A DNA stretch of 63,460 bases, the filler included, from Octopus bimaculoides (taxonomy: Eukaryota), in assembly GCF_001194135.2 (NCBI RefSeq). It is 4 parts of 4 records of this genome, joined end to end, with 100 filler letters (N's around TTAATTAATTAA, not from the genome) between each part and the next. Parts side by side here need not be neighbours in the genome. Positions count along the whole stretch, not along the records: positions 24,183 to 40,311 come from NC_068982.1; positions 40,412 to 57,205 come from NC_068981.1; 2 more parts are not named here. One strand, written 5' to 3'. The number at the start of each line of letters is the position of its first letter. Positions within the stretch are counted from its first letter, which is position 1. Below the pieces are notes generated by a model. The model did not search any database and was not told where the DNA came from. It saw only the letters and a program-made list of their open reading frames with translations. This document shows, one piece after another, positions 38,207 through 50,498 of this stretch. The translations under genes and the position numbers were made by a program.

Positions 38207-39320
38207 AACAAACAAACAAAATGAGGATAAATATCCGTCGAATGTAAATAATGTACATAATTCCTCAATTCTTAAATATAGAACTGTACTCTGTATATTT
38301 GTCCATCAAGATTTTCCCGATACATTCGTCCCTTCTCTTATAACCATACTCTATATCACAGCAAGCAGTTTTCGCACTAATGAACTTTCAGTCCTTCTCC
38401 TCCAGACCATCAACATCCTGGGGTTCCCTCACATTCGTGTTTCTTCTGCTGATGTAAACTTAAAAGAATTCAAACTGAATACCAACGTATCAAATAGTTT
38501 ATTAGCGACGCTCACTACACTTCTAACTTACAAGAACACACGAAACATACTTTTGTTAGTTACAATATTAAGACGCTAACATCACAGCAATAGCAAAATT
38601 CTCGCAGGAAATTAGATTACGTCTTCAAAAGCTAAAATCAAATGGCAACATATTAGCAAAATTGGACGTATAAATGGCTCATCGAACGACTTGATGATAA
38701 CCATAAACGTATGCTATTACATGTCCAAGATGAGCTGAAGACTCACATAATATTTTGTTTTGATATCTTTATGTTGAATGTAAAACCTCCCACTTAAATG
38801 GACAAAGACTTACGTTTCTTACAATATGTGATAAATGTATTAAATTGCCTGAAGTAATTCAGCATACAAAGCAGTGAATTTGGTACAGCCGTTAATATAT
38901 TGGAGAGAACATCACGCAGTGTTTGTTCCGGTTCCTCGCTTTCTGTGTTCAGAATCTACAGGGGTCGAGTCTGCCTTTCATCCTTCCAGGATCGATAAAT
39001 AAAGCACCAGTTAATTACTGGGCGGATTCTCTCTCCCTCTCTTCCACTCTCTCTCTCTCTCTTTCTATTTATTTCTTTCTCTCTCTCTCTTCTACTCTCT
39101 TTCTCTACCGCACCTATCGATTACGTTGCGTTGTTCGACGAGTTCAGTTGCATCATGTAAATCTTTCTGTCCTTCAGAAATGAAAATCCCTGGAGCGACG
39201 AGTGAACAAACGCTTCTTATAGATAAACGGATGTACAACAAACACTATCCACCGACGGACCGACGTCCAGTACAGTACGGAACAGAAATAAAGATTATTC
39301 TATTCTATAACAAAACAGCC

Positions 39321-39870
39321 AGAGCTGGTAGAAACGTTAGCACGCCAGGCGAGATGCTTAGCGGTATTTCGTCTGCCGTTACGTTCTGAGTTCAAATTCC
39401 GCCGATGTTGACTCTGCCTTTCATCCTTTCGGGGTTGATAAATTAAGTACCAGTTTAGCCCCTTGTGGGCAATAAAGAAATAAGTAACTTTAGTATGCCG
39501 GGCGAAATGCTTAGCTGTCTTTACGTTCTGAGTTCAAATTCCGCCGAGGTCGACTTTGCCTTTCATCCTTTCGGGGTCGATAAATTAAGTACCAGTTACG
39601 CACTGGGTCGATGTAATCGACTTAATCCATTTGTCTGACCTTGTTTGTCCCCTCTATGTTTAGCCCCTTGTGGGCAATAAAGAAATAAGAAACTTTAGTA
39701 TATCGAGCGAAATGCTTAGCTGTCTTTACATTCTGAGTTCAAATTCCACCGAGGTCGACTTTGCCTTTCATCCTTTCGGGGTTGATAAATTAAGTACCTG
39801 TTGCCTACTAGGGTCGATGTAATCGACTGGACCCATCGCCCAAACATTTTGGGCCTTGTGCCTAGAGTAG
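39321..39870 (+). mobile_element. Head-to-tail trimer of SINE family B
   Basis: Three consecutive gagttcaaattcc...cctttcatcctttcgggg units. Confidence 0.88.
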
Positions 39871-40168
39871 AAAAGATTAATGAAATCAATAATAAATCAG
39901 TAATCGACACAGTAAAAGCAAATATTACCTATGTCAGACAGAAGCTAGATGAAAAATTCAGACAATTACAATTACTTCATTATTGAAATAAAAATATTAT
40001 GGGTTGGAATATAGCACTTTTATTCCGCTTATAATTGGTATGTCTGATACAATTGCGAACTGGGAAATGCACAAGCACAATCGCTTGGGTACAGTGGGCA
40101 ATAAAAGCAACAATTTAAAAATTGACGAACATGTTCTCAGGGTATAGTCTATCAAGAGCTTTTAGCTT

Positions 40169-40311
40169 ACAGTTCTATATTTAAGAGATGAGGAATTATG
40201 TACATTATTTACATTCGACGGACATATGTCCTCATCTTGTTTGTTGTTGACACAACGTATCGGCTGATATATTCTCCAGCCTTCTTCAGGTGTCTTGGGG
40301 AAATTTCGAAC
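40169..40311 (-). mobile_element. Another arm of the 37770-38287 family, truncated at the spacer; hammerhead-like motif at 40249-40294
   Basis: acagttctatatttaagagatgaggaattatgtacattatttacattcgacgg...; minus strand GACAC-CUGAAGA-AGGCUG..CAGCC-GAUAC-GUU-GUGUC. Confidence 0.75.
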
Positions 40312-40411
40312 NNNNNNNNNNNNNNNNNNNNNNNNNNNNNNNNNNNNNNNNNNNNTTAATTAATTAANNNNNNNNNNNNNNNNNNNNNNNNNNNNNNNNN
40401 NNNNNNNNNNN
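40312..40411. other. Artificial concatenation spacer (44N-TTAATTAATTAA-44N)
   Basis: Same structure as 24083-24182. Confidence 0.93.
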
Positions 40412-40626
40412 TCGAGCGTGGCCGTTTTCGTGCGGGTGACACGTAAAAGCACCCACTACACTCTCTGAGTGGTTGGCGTTAGGAAGGGCATCCAGCTGTA
40501 GAAACTCTGCCAAATCAGACTGGAGCCTGGTGTTGCCATCCGGTTTCACCAGTCCTCAGTCAAATCGTCCAACCCATGCTAGCATGGAAAGCGGACGTTA
40601 AACGATGATGATGATGATGATGATGA
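40412..40626 (+). mobile_element. RTE 3'UTR/tail fragment (young, CpG intact)
   Basis: gtaaaagcacccactacactctctgagtggttggcgttaggaagggcatccagctgtagaaac...aaacg(atg)n; reverse complement of 52305-52480. Confidence 0.85.
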
Positions 40627-41428
40627 GGATTGTACCTTTTATTTTTTAAATATTCTCACAATATGCAGAGTAAATGAAGAAACTGAACTGTTAATAGGCA
40701 TCACTATGAATTTTTGAAAATATTTAAATGTAATTTCTACTGTATGTTATCTTGGAGAGCATCCAAAAAGAAACATTTTGACACCTCATTTATGAAATCT
40801 GAATGAATATTTTAAGAGATATGACCATTTGAATGGTCAGTAAATTGAATGAAATTTTGCTTAAGTGGCCTAAACAAATAATTAACCATATTTGTGATGT
40901 CATATCTTTGAAACTAAGGTGATAATCATTTTCAAATTACACAAATTAATAGTGTCCATGGTATAGCTGTGGCCTATTTTTGTCAGGTTCTTAAAAATGA
41001 AACTATTTTTCACATTTTTTGAAATATTGTTACATGTAACAAAAAATAAATTTCGTGGTATTTTCAGACCAAGCTAAATCCAAAAGTACAAACCACAGGC
41101 ACTTGAGCTTTGCATATTTGTAGTTGGTATAGAACTAAATAAATCCTGAGATACCATTTCAATACAATGTTATTGGATTATTAAAAATGGTTATAAATGG
41201 TGGGAGTTCCTGATCAGGATGCCCATGTAAGTTAGATTCTTCTCCATTTTGATTTTCAAAATTTCTTTCACCACAGCCTTTATGAAAAAAAAAACATTTG
41301 AACATTTATGACCTTTTTTTACCCCACCAATCTGGACCAAACTTAGCCAATTTTCTATGCACTACACACCTAAAAATGTTGGGAGAAGTCTTTTTGGTAA
41401 AAAGGAAAAAGAAATTTTTGAAAGGTTA

Positions 41429-41545
41429 TGTGGTAAAAAGTTTGCTTCCCAACTACATGGCACCTTGGGCAAGTGTCTTCTACTATAGCCTCAAGCCAAC
41501 TAAAGCCTTGTGAATGGAACTGGTAGACAGAAGCTGAAAAAAGGT
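41429..41545 (+). mobile_element. SINE family A 5' part, CpG-decayed
   Basis: tgtggtaaaaagtttgcttcccaac...ccttgggcaagtgtcttctactatagcc. Confidence 0.75.
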
Positions 41546-41860
41546 CATCATCATTTAATGTCTGCCTTCCATGCTGGCATGGGTTGCATGGTTTGACAGG
41601 AGCTAGCCAGGCACAAGACTGCACCAAACATCTGTGTCTGTTTCGACAACGTTTTTACAGTTGGATGCCCTTCCAAACACCAATCACCTACCAAAGTGAA
41701 CTGAGTACTTTTTACATGGCACCAGCAATGACAAGGTCAGTTTTGGCATGGTTTTTATAACTGGATGCCCTTCCAAACACCAACCACTTTACAGTGTAGA
41801 CTGGATACTTTTTATATAGAACCAGCACTGGCAGGGTCACCAAGTAACTTGCAAGACAAA
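41546..41860 (-). mobile_element. Older RTE-like 3'UTR/tail fragment with internal duplication
   Basis: tcatcatcattt...ccatgctggcatgggttg; ggatgcccttccaaacacca occurs twice. Confidence 0.6.
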
Positions 41861-42413
41861 GAACTTTGAGAGGAGAGGAGTCATTGGAGGAAGTGATCTT
41901 GTGTCAGATGATGAAAGGTTAAAGTGTGACAAAGAGGCAGAAACAGGTATCTTGCTGTAGAGAAGGCACATGGTTACACAGTGAGAGAGAGAGATCAAGA
42001 ATGAGGACAGAAACAGGTGTGCTGCTGTAAAGGAGATGCATGGTTACTCAGACAGAGGGAAGAGAAAGAGAGAGAGAGTGGAAAACAGCAAGAGTGCAAG
42101 AGAGAGCAGGAGAGAGATGGTGGCTAAGTACCAGGGCATACTCACAAGGAACAGGGATCAGAACATAAATGGGATGCTAGAGTAAAGGAAGAAAGAGATA
42201 GATGGTGGCAAGTGCTAGGGCATACCTCAAGGTACAGAAGTCATAATATAAGTGGCAAGTTATTGCCAAAGACGTGTGAGTAGGGAGTGAAGATGGGAGT
42301 GGTGAATGTAGTGACTGGTAAGAATCTGGGTATATAGAGAGGGTGGGGGATTATGGGATAGTAATCATACAGTGAATAGGGCAGTAAGGACAGAATTGGG
42401 GAATGAGAGATAA

Positions 42414-44359
42414 CACTAGGCAACAAAGCTTTTGTTACAGAAGATCAAATAGATGTTCTTAGCTAATTTTGGTATGCTGATTTCAAATCTATATTTAGAT
42501 TTTTTCTATCATGTCCAGATTTTGTGTAAAATGCTTTGCATTTTACACTTAGTAAAATTTCCTACCACATTACAGATTTTGGTTTTAATTGTCTTAATGC
42601 CAGTAGTATGAAACTTGCTTTTCAAGGTTAAAGCAATTTTTGCTTGCCAACTACATACAAATTCTAATGATTTTGATCAATAGAATTTATCCCAAGTTAG
42701 CAACACTGAGTCAAGAGAATAGTAATGGCCCATTGATCAGTCACTACATGACAGTCAAGTAGAATGGTTGTTCAAGACAGCAATTCATCTCAAGATTCTG
42801 CTAGTAATATAGAAATAGGGAAAGATGACGTATATGTTCCAGATGCAACTAGTTCCCCACATTTGTTAAATCAAGTAGGTGTTAAATGACTTAGTGCACG
42901 ATTAGGAATTACCAAAAGTAGAGTTGCTTCAAGAATGGAATTTTCTCCAGTCAAAAACCAAAGTTTGCCATTTCCACTCTTACCATCTGCAGTTTTCATC
43001 ATTTTACTTACAAGAGGAATGCACTTGTTCATGCCACGATATCAGAGGCCTGATGGAAAGGGTTGACTTTCAATATGATCCAAAAAAATGGAGACTGTTC
43101 ATTGACTCTAGTAAAGCTAGCCATAAAGCTGTATTACTGCACAACAGCAATGAAAAACCTTCATTACCAGTAGCACATGCTACTGGAACTTATGCATCAA
43201 TGGAACTGCTGCTAAGACTCATCAAATATAAGGACAACATATGTAACCTCTGTGGCAATCTTAAAGTTGTATTATTACTTCTTGGATTACAGTTGGACTA
43301 CACAAAGCATATGTGCTTTTTGTGTCTATGGAACAGCAGAGATGACAAGAACCACTACAAAAAGCATGATTGGCCATCTAGAACTGAACATGTTGGTAAA
43401 CAAAATGTGAAACACCCAGCACTATTGATACTCAGAAAGTACATCTTCCACCACTTCACATTAAACTTGGCCTAATGAAAAATTTCATGAAGGTATAGAT
43501 CATCAAGGTAGTGGTTTCCAATATTTAAAGGATAAATTGAAAGGGATATTGACAGATGCTAAGCTAGAAGTTGGATTTTTCAATGAACCACAGATCTGGA
43601 GTATTATCCATGACTCATCATTTCCATTTAATCTAAATGAGAATGAACTAGGAGTATGAACATCTTTTGTTGAAGTTGTCAAAAATATTTGTGGGAGCCA
43701 CAAAGCTGAAAACTATCATGAAGTCATACAAAACATGCTTAAATCTTTTGAAAAATGGGATGCAACATGTCTTTGAAAATGTATTTTTTACACTCTCATC
43801 TTGACTTCTTCCCAGCTAACATTGGGGCTATGAATGATGAGCATGGTGAGCGCTTCCACCAACAGATCTCAGTTATGGAAAACAGATACCAAGTTAATTT
43901 CAAGTCAATTATTGTTGTATTGTCAGTTCCTGCAGAAGGAGCGCTTATCATCCAACAAGCAACAAAGGAAGAGGAAACATCAAAGTTTCACTTAAGAACA
44001 GGAAGTTGGTTTTTGATGGTAACAAAAAAATACTAATATGTTTGGTTGGGCACAGGAGTGGTTACTCACTAACAGAATTCAGCTGTCAGTATTAAACCAG
44101 AAAAAGGAGGTAAAACATCCCTGTTCACTAATCATTTCAGTATGGGTTAACATAAAACATAGCATGGAAAAATGGCTAAGAAAGCTTTTGTAATAGAAGC
44201 AGGTGAGAAAAAAATTAAAAGTTGGGGTTCTCGGTTACACAAAATCTGGACAGGGTAGAGAAATTTAGATATCAGATCTGAAATTAGCTTTAGAAACTTG
44301 GTAGGAATCAGTAGTTAACATGTCTGTAACAGAAAAAAGTTTAAATCTGTTGCCTTACG
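42414..44359 (+). mobile_element. Decayed, near-full-length CMC/Chapaev3-like DNA transposon
   Basis: Transposase motifs LNDLV.D, WRLFIDSSKASHKAVLLHN, CFLC, PPLHIKLGL (frameshifted), GCNMSLKMYFLHSHLDFFP and DEHGERFHQ fit the CMC C(2)C / LH / H(3-4)H signature. Perfect 18-bp inverted repeat at 42512-42529 and 44235-44252. Left end starts CAC. Confidence 0.75.
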
Positions 44360-44519
44360 TAATCATAGTGCATGAAAGAAGAAATGTGAGGGAGAGAAGA
44401 GAAGCAGTTTGGGGAGAAGAGATGAAGTTTGGTTTGTTGGAGTGGGTGTGTAAACAACTTTATTCTTGTGTGTGGGTGGAACACAGAGTGCTTCTAGAAC
44501 TCAGTTTCACTGACATGGG

Positions 44520-44935
44520 CAGGTCTTCTCAAGAACCTCATATTTCCAAACATCTCAGTCCATTGTCATTTCCTCTGCGAGGCTCAACATCCTGAGATTG
44601 ATCTTCACCACTTCATCCCATGTCTTCGTGGGTCTCCCTCTTCGATAAGAGTCATCAACTCTCAGTGATTGACACTTCTTTATACAGCTGTCGTCATCCA
44701 TAGCCATCACATGTCCAAACCAACATAGTCTTCTCCCTTGAATGTTGCATTCGATTCCTCTTATGTCCAACTTTTCTCTCAACACATTTGCACTTTGTTG
44801 TACATGCACACTGATGTTGCATGCACATCCAGTGGAGCACACTACCATCATTCCTCTCCAGTCTATGCATGTCCTCTGCATTCAGAGCCCATGTCTCACT
44901 ACCAAGCATCATACAATCTACCTTTCACTCTGAGA
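44520..44935 (-). mobile_element. RTE LINE RT C-terminal fragment
   Basis: MMLGSETWALNAEDMHRLERND, RRLCWFGHV, RRGRPTKTWDEVV; same family as 52300-55800. Confidence 0.85.
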
Positions 44936-45050
44936 GAGAGTCCTTTTGTTGCCGACTATACTGTGTAGTCAACAAAATCAAGAACAAACAATGCGCACTA
45001 AGTTAAAAGTATAAAATGACGACAATTTACCCATCGCACCCTGTATGTAT

Positions 45051-45119
<69 letters not shown>

Positions 45120-45189
45120 TTTTTTTATTAAAGCTGCAAAAACATCACAANNNNNNNNNNAATATATGATTTAACATAATTTAATTTGA

Positions 45190-45700
45190 CAAATAAGCAT
45201 TTGAATTTGATTGGGTAAATTATTTTCAGAACATAAATCACACAAAAATGAAAATGACACTGATATCTCATTTTAAAAGAAATTTTTACCAAAATTACAT
45301 AAAAATATCTTGAAATACTAAAGAGTAAATTTATTCAATAAAAGCTCCATCGGCTTCACCCACAGCCTTCAGATGACTTCGGAATCTCCTGCAACTTTTT
45401 TGGACAGTCTCCTTGTGACGCATGCTACTGTAGCAAACTCATAAGAGGTGGAGAGAGAACGTAAGTTCGTTTGCCCGAACATGAAAAATTATGGATTTCT
45501 CATTGGTTGAAAATTACTGTCCATATACGAATTCTGAACTTTGTTGAAGAAGTCTTTCACGTGGATTCACGTATGAACAGTTATATAAACCCTGATTTTC
45601 GGCAAACTCTCCAGTAATCGTTGGACGGCCACTCAAATCCACGACACTCACCCTTTCGAGTATTGGCTAATTTATATGCCATGTTCAATACTCAAATCCG
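45190..45700 (-). mobile_element. Internally deleted mariner-like remnant
   Basis: C-terminal RRFRSHLKAVGEADGAF; probable N-terminal relic at 45520-45700. Confidence 0.5.
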
Positions 45701-46249
45701 ACAATATTGAATTGTTGTGAACTCTTATAGCTAGAATGAAAGATTAGTTAGTATAAAATTTAAGTCGTAATTCTCTACGACGAAATGACTTTATTTCTAA
45801 ATGTTCTATAAATGCCAAAAAATGTATATAATAAATTAATATAGAAATTTAATTCCTTTTACTTCTCGTTTCTTTCAACTTGTTGAATTTATTTCTGTAT
45901 ATTAATGAAACTGTATTTTTTTATGTATAACAGTAAAAAAAATATAATCCATATCTTCAACATACATGTATGTATGAACGCACGTTCAGCGTCTTGGTAT
46001 GTATACATCATAACATTTATGCAGCCTAAACTAAGAGTTATGCTTAGTGATAAATACTTATAATTAAGTTATAAGTAACGAGATTATCATTATAGCTTTT
46101 AATTAAGAAACAATATTTGTTATAACTTACGATCGAAGACATTGTAAATAAAGATATAGTATTTTCACTCACTTCAAAGACCTGTGATCTACACATAAAA
46201 CTACCATAATGCTTGCCTTCAGTTCATCTTAGGTATCACAAGGAATTGT

Positions 46250-46445
46250 TTGACAGCCATGACTAGGTTCTCCTGCTTGTGTGGCATGGAGCAGAGTCCT
46301 GTTGCCAGACACAGGGTCTGCCTGCAGCCTCTTGACCCAGTGTAGCACTACCATGATGTAGACCTCCATGTTGTATCTGTGTTGAGTCTGAGGCCATGTG
46401 GGAAGATGAATGGAGGCATAACATCACCATTCCTATTCATATTTA
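46250..46445 (-). mobile_element. Tc1/mariner (maT/DD37D-like) transposase catalytic fragment
   Basis: GDVMPPFIFPHGLRLNT...GRPCVWQQDSAPCHTSRRT. Confidence 0.75.
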
Positions 46446-47320
46446 GGTTGTCTGATTTAAATTTGTCCAGCTGCAGATTGTGAGGAGGGTTTTTAGCATC
46501 TGCCTTGTTTTATTTTCTCTCTTATCTGTTGGGTTTTTACATCTGCCTCCACCCTCACCCCCTAACTTCTTTGGATGGGAATGCCAGTTTACTAGCCCTT
46601 TGCACTCACTTCCTCTAATTTCCCTAAGACAAAAATATCCCTCTATTACAAAGCCCTTACCATTTTTTTTATTTATCTACCTATCTTTCTCATATCAGAA
46701 TGTATTATTTATTCCTTTCCCCTTCTCTCTGGACTGATCCCCACCCCCATATACTAAACAGTATATCTCTAATACAATGTTCTTACCTATCTATCTTTTT
46801 TCTCACCAGAATGTATTAGTTATACCTCATCTCAGATTTAATTGGACCCTCCCACCCTCTTGGATATAATGAACCACAACAAATATCATTGCTGAGAAAC
46901 CTTTTTCCACTGTCTAACCTATATCTCTCCAATGACAGAATACCCAAATTACAGAGTCTTCACTCAATTCAATGCTCCAATAGCTGGAATATTTCAGAAA
47001 CAGCTGTCAGAGACTATTTTTGCCTATTTTTTACCATTTGTTATGTAGTTAAATTGAGAATGAATTAAATGAAATAAAATAACCTTGTTCTGTGTTGACT
47101 AATTCTTGACTACACCTACTGACTTAAAGAGTAGCCACTTTTATCCATTTTGAACGAGACATTCACATTCACTTCAACTACTGTTCAAACTGGAATTTTG
47201 GTGGCACACATATTTGAGCACTCAGAATGCATACTTATTAGTTTGAGTCATCCTGACAAAAACTCCTTATATCCTCACTCTCTCACTCCCCATATATGTG
47301 TGTGTATATATATATATATA

Positions 47321-47660
47321 TAGTGTGTCCGACAATTGAGGCAACCAACATTTTACAATTTTGCCAAAGCAAAATATTGTTATATTTCAGGTCTGAGCAT
47401 TGCAATGCAATGAAAAAAGAGAAACAATTACGACACTACCACATCTATTTGAATAGCTCTATTACTTTTGCTTCCTTTGAGGAGGGCTATGATTTTCCTT
47501 TGGTCTATAGCCATTATCTAATTTATAAATCTGAATTTATTTAGTCTGAAACAAAAAGAAGACACATTAAGGTTTTATAATCATGTATAATTTTCATATC
47601 ACATTCATTGATAGTTATTAAAGCCCAAAATTTCAGTTGCCTTAGTTTCGGGACACCCTG
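47321..47660. mobile_element. Tc1/mariner-type MITE
   Basis: Imperfect TIRs tagtgtgtccgacaattgaggcaac and gttgccttagtttcgggacaccctg, each flanked by TA. Confidence 0.55.
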
Positions 47661-47981
47661 TATATAAATATGTAATTTTTTTGACTAATGGGTATATGTC
47701 AATTAGTGTGTCGAGTAAAGCACATTTACAGTTTGGGCTACCTGGTGCCATCCACAGTTAGGGTATATTTCTGTTATTTACTGAGTATTTCTAGAAGGAC
47801 ATACTCTTCTTTATGCATGTGCCTGAATACAACTGATGTAACAAACTGCGCAAATTATTGCAACACAAATGTTCAAAATCCTACTCATAACAGACAGTTG
47901 TTGGATGAGTCAAAACGATCGGCATACTGAATAAGAAATAATACCAAACCTATGTTCTGTTTCCATCATCAGTTATTATTA

Positions 47982-48031
<50 letters not shown>

Positions 48032-48171
48032 NNNNNNNNNNNNNNNNNNNNNNNNNNNNNNNNNNNNNNNNNNNNNNNNNNNNNNNNNNNNNNNNNNNNN
48101 NNNNNNNNNNNNNNNATCTTGCCTGACTATATATATACATGAGTCTGTGTGTGTGTGTGTGTGCGCGTGCG

Positions 48172-49016
48172 TGTTGTTCCATCAGGACTACCAGTTGAGT
48201 TTGCATCCACCTCATCTATGGCTAGTAGTATATCTTCTTCGCTAATGTCGATGTATCCCACTGTAACTGCCTCACTGGTTATAGGTGAGGTGGCAAACAA
48301 GTCCACTGGTTCGTTCACTTGTCTGAGTTCCAATGGGGTGGTAAAGACACTTTTGAACTGATCATGCAGTACCTCACTGATACTGGTTGGACTATCTGTG
48401 AGGGAGCCATCCTTTTCGAAGAGGGATCTTACCTTGGAGCACACTGAGGCTGTTTCTTTTGCAAAATGAAAGAAGGCCTTTGAGTCTCTGCTCTCTCCCT
48501 TACATAGAATTGTTGTAGGTTTCTTTCAATCTCTATCAGTGTTGTTTTCAGGCAAGACCTTTTGCTGCCTTTGGAATGTTGGTTCAGGCGATTTGAAACC
48601 TTTGTCCGTCGTCTCATGAGGATCTTCCTCTCCCTTGGAATTTTGCTCCTTTTTGTATTGGCCTTGCACTCAGGGACATATTTCTGGCATATGGTTTGCA
48701 TAACAGACATGAAATATTCTAGTTTCATACCAATGTCTGGTGTGGAGAGACATTTCTGCCAGTCCTGTCTGAGGATCTCTTCTTGGATCGATTTCCAGTC
48801 TGCTTCCTGGAATTTCACATTGAAGAGATTTCGGGTGCTTCCTTCAGGCTGCATGTCTCTGTTTACTTTTGGTCCATACATAAACAGCTCTATTATGTTG
48901 TGATCTGAAGCTAAAGTTGGTGTCACTTTCACATGACGAACAAAGTCCATATTGTTTGTGAACCAGAGATCCACAATGTTATTCTCCTTAGTTGGTCTGA
49001 GTACAACTTGCTCCAA
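48172..49016 (-). mobile_element. CR1/L2-group LINE endonuclease C-terminus and linker fragment
   Basis: EQVVLRPTKENNIVDLWFTN, SDHNIIEL, FQEADWKSI, QKYVP, LHDQFKSVFT, AIDEVDANSTGSPDG. Confidence 0.82.
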
Positions 49017-49116
49017 NNNNNNNNNNNNNNNNNNNNNNNNNNNNNNNNNNNNNNNNNNNNNNNNNNNNNNNNNNNNNNNNNNNNNNNNNNNNNNNNNNNN
49101 NNNNNNNNNNNNNNNN

Positions 49117-49438
49117 CTTATTCTTTGTAAGCCTAATACTTATTCTATCGGTATCTTTTGCCAAACTGCTAATTTGCAAGGAAGTAAACACACCAGCATC
49201 ATTTGTCAAGTGACGGTGGTAGGACAAATACAGATACCCAAACATATACACACATATACATATATATACACATATGATGGACTTCTTTCAGTTTCCTCGA
49301 ACCAAATCCACTCAGAAGGCTTTCGTCAGCCTAATGCTATAGTACACGACACTTTCCCAAAGTTTCCACGCACTTGGAGTGAACCCAGGACCATGTGTTT
49401 CGTAAGCAAGCTACTTACCTCACAGTCCCACCTGCGCC
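49117..49438 (-). mobile_element. SINE family A, CpG-decayed copy
   Basis: Aligns by eye to 37311-37710 with many CG to TG/CA changes. Confidence 0.8.
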
Positions 49439-49490
49439 TATATGTATATAGTATATATATATTTATATATATATATAAATACTGTACATA

Positions 49491-49543
<53 letters not shown>

Positions 49544-49939
49544 NNNNNNNNNNNNNNNNNNNNNNNNNNNNNNNNNNNNNNNNNNNNNNNNNNNNNNNNN
49601 NNNNNNNNNNNNNNNNNNNNNNNNNNNNNNNNNNNNNNNNNNNNNNNNNNNNNNNNNNNNNNNNNNNNNNNNNNNNNNNNNNNNNNNNNNNTATATATAT
49701 ATATATATATATATATAGTATATATACATTGTATACACATATATATATATATATATATATAGGATATGAGAGGTTATGGTGTCAGTAAGACCTAAAGGTG
49801 TCAGGTAATGTTGAATAAGTGCTATGGATAGACCATAGTTAAGCTCCAGGTCTGGTGGTTATGCGAATAAGGAGTCCAACGTAGGTCATATATCAGCATG
49901 TGTATATATAATAAATTTTTTCAGAATGACATATTAAAC

Positions 49940-50412
49940 AACCAAGGCTGTGAAGATTTTAGAACATTTATAAATAGATAGCCTGACAGCTGTTTCCAGG
50001 ATATTTATTATATCCCTTCATAGGAGACGGTGGGAGAAAATGGTTTAGCAATAGTTAATTTAGATAAGATACGAAACAGAGAGTGAAGTGGAGGAATGAA
50101 CATGGATGTGAGATATGCAGGGATATTGCATTTGTAGATCCATTATTTAGGCAGAATGGTATACATATTGGTATTGGAATCTTATATGTATCCCATTGTG
50201 CCTAAATAATGGATCTACAAATGCAATATCCCTGCATATCTCACATCTATTTTCATTCCTCCACTTTACTCTCTATTTCATATCTTATCTAAATTAATTA
50301 TTGCTTAACTATTTTCTCACACCGTCTTCGATGAAGTGATATAATAAATATCCTGGAAACAGCTGTAAGACCTTCCATTTATAAATGTTCTAAAATCTTC
50401 ACAGCCTTGGTT
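49940..50412. mobile_element. About 470-bp near-perfect fold-back with hammerhead-like motifs in both arms (49981-50028 minus; 50324-50371 plus)
   Basis: Ends aaccaaggctgtgaagattttagaacatttataaat / atttataaatgttctaaaatcttcacagccttggtt; plus-arm motif GUCU-UCGAUGA-...GAUAU(loop)AUAUC...-GAAAC-AGCU-GUA-AGAC. Confidence 0.75.
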
Positions 50413-50458
50413 TTTTATCTCATTATGAAAAAAAAACTTTTATATATATATATGTATA

Positions 50459-50498
<40 letters not shown>

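Larger units (their letters stand above)
37770..38287. mobile_element. Head-to-head fold-back element: central tRNA-like head, (AAT)n, and arms each carrying a minimal hammerhead-like motif
   Basis: 37770-37920 is the reverse complement of 38108-38260. Central palindrome cactacgtcatatgcc-tgtg-ggcatatggcgtagtg. Pol III A box (TGACGTAGTGG) and B box (GTTCGATTCC) on the minus strand at 38011-37951. Confidence 0.8.

Noticed and set aside
39321-39870. Repeat-spacer pattern suggestive of a CRISPR array
   Set aside because: Units are about 190-bp SINE copies with no unique spacers and no cas genes, in a eukaryotic context.
42924-44036. ORFs 42924-43475 and 43755-44036 as host genes
   Set aside because: Frameshifted pieces of one transposase bounded by TIRs.
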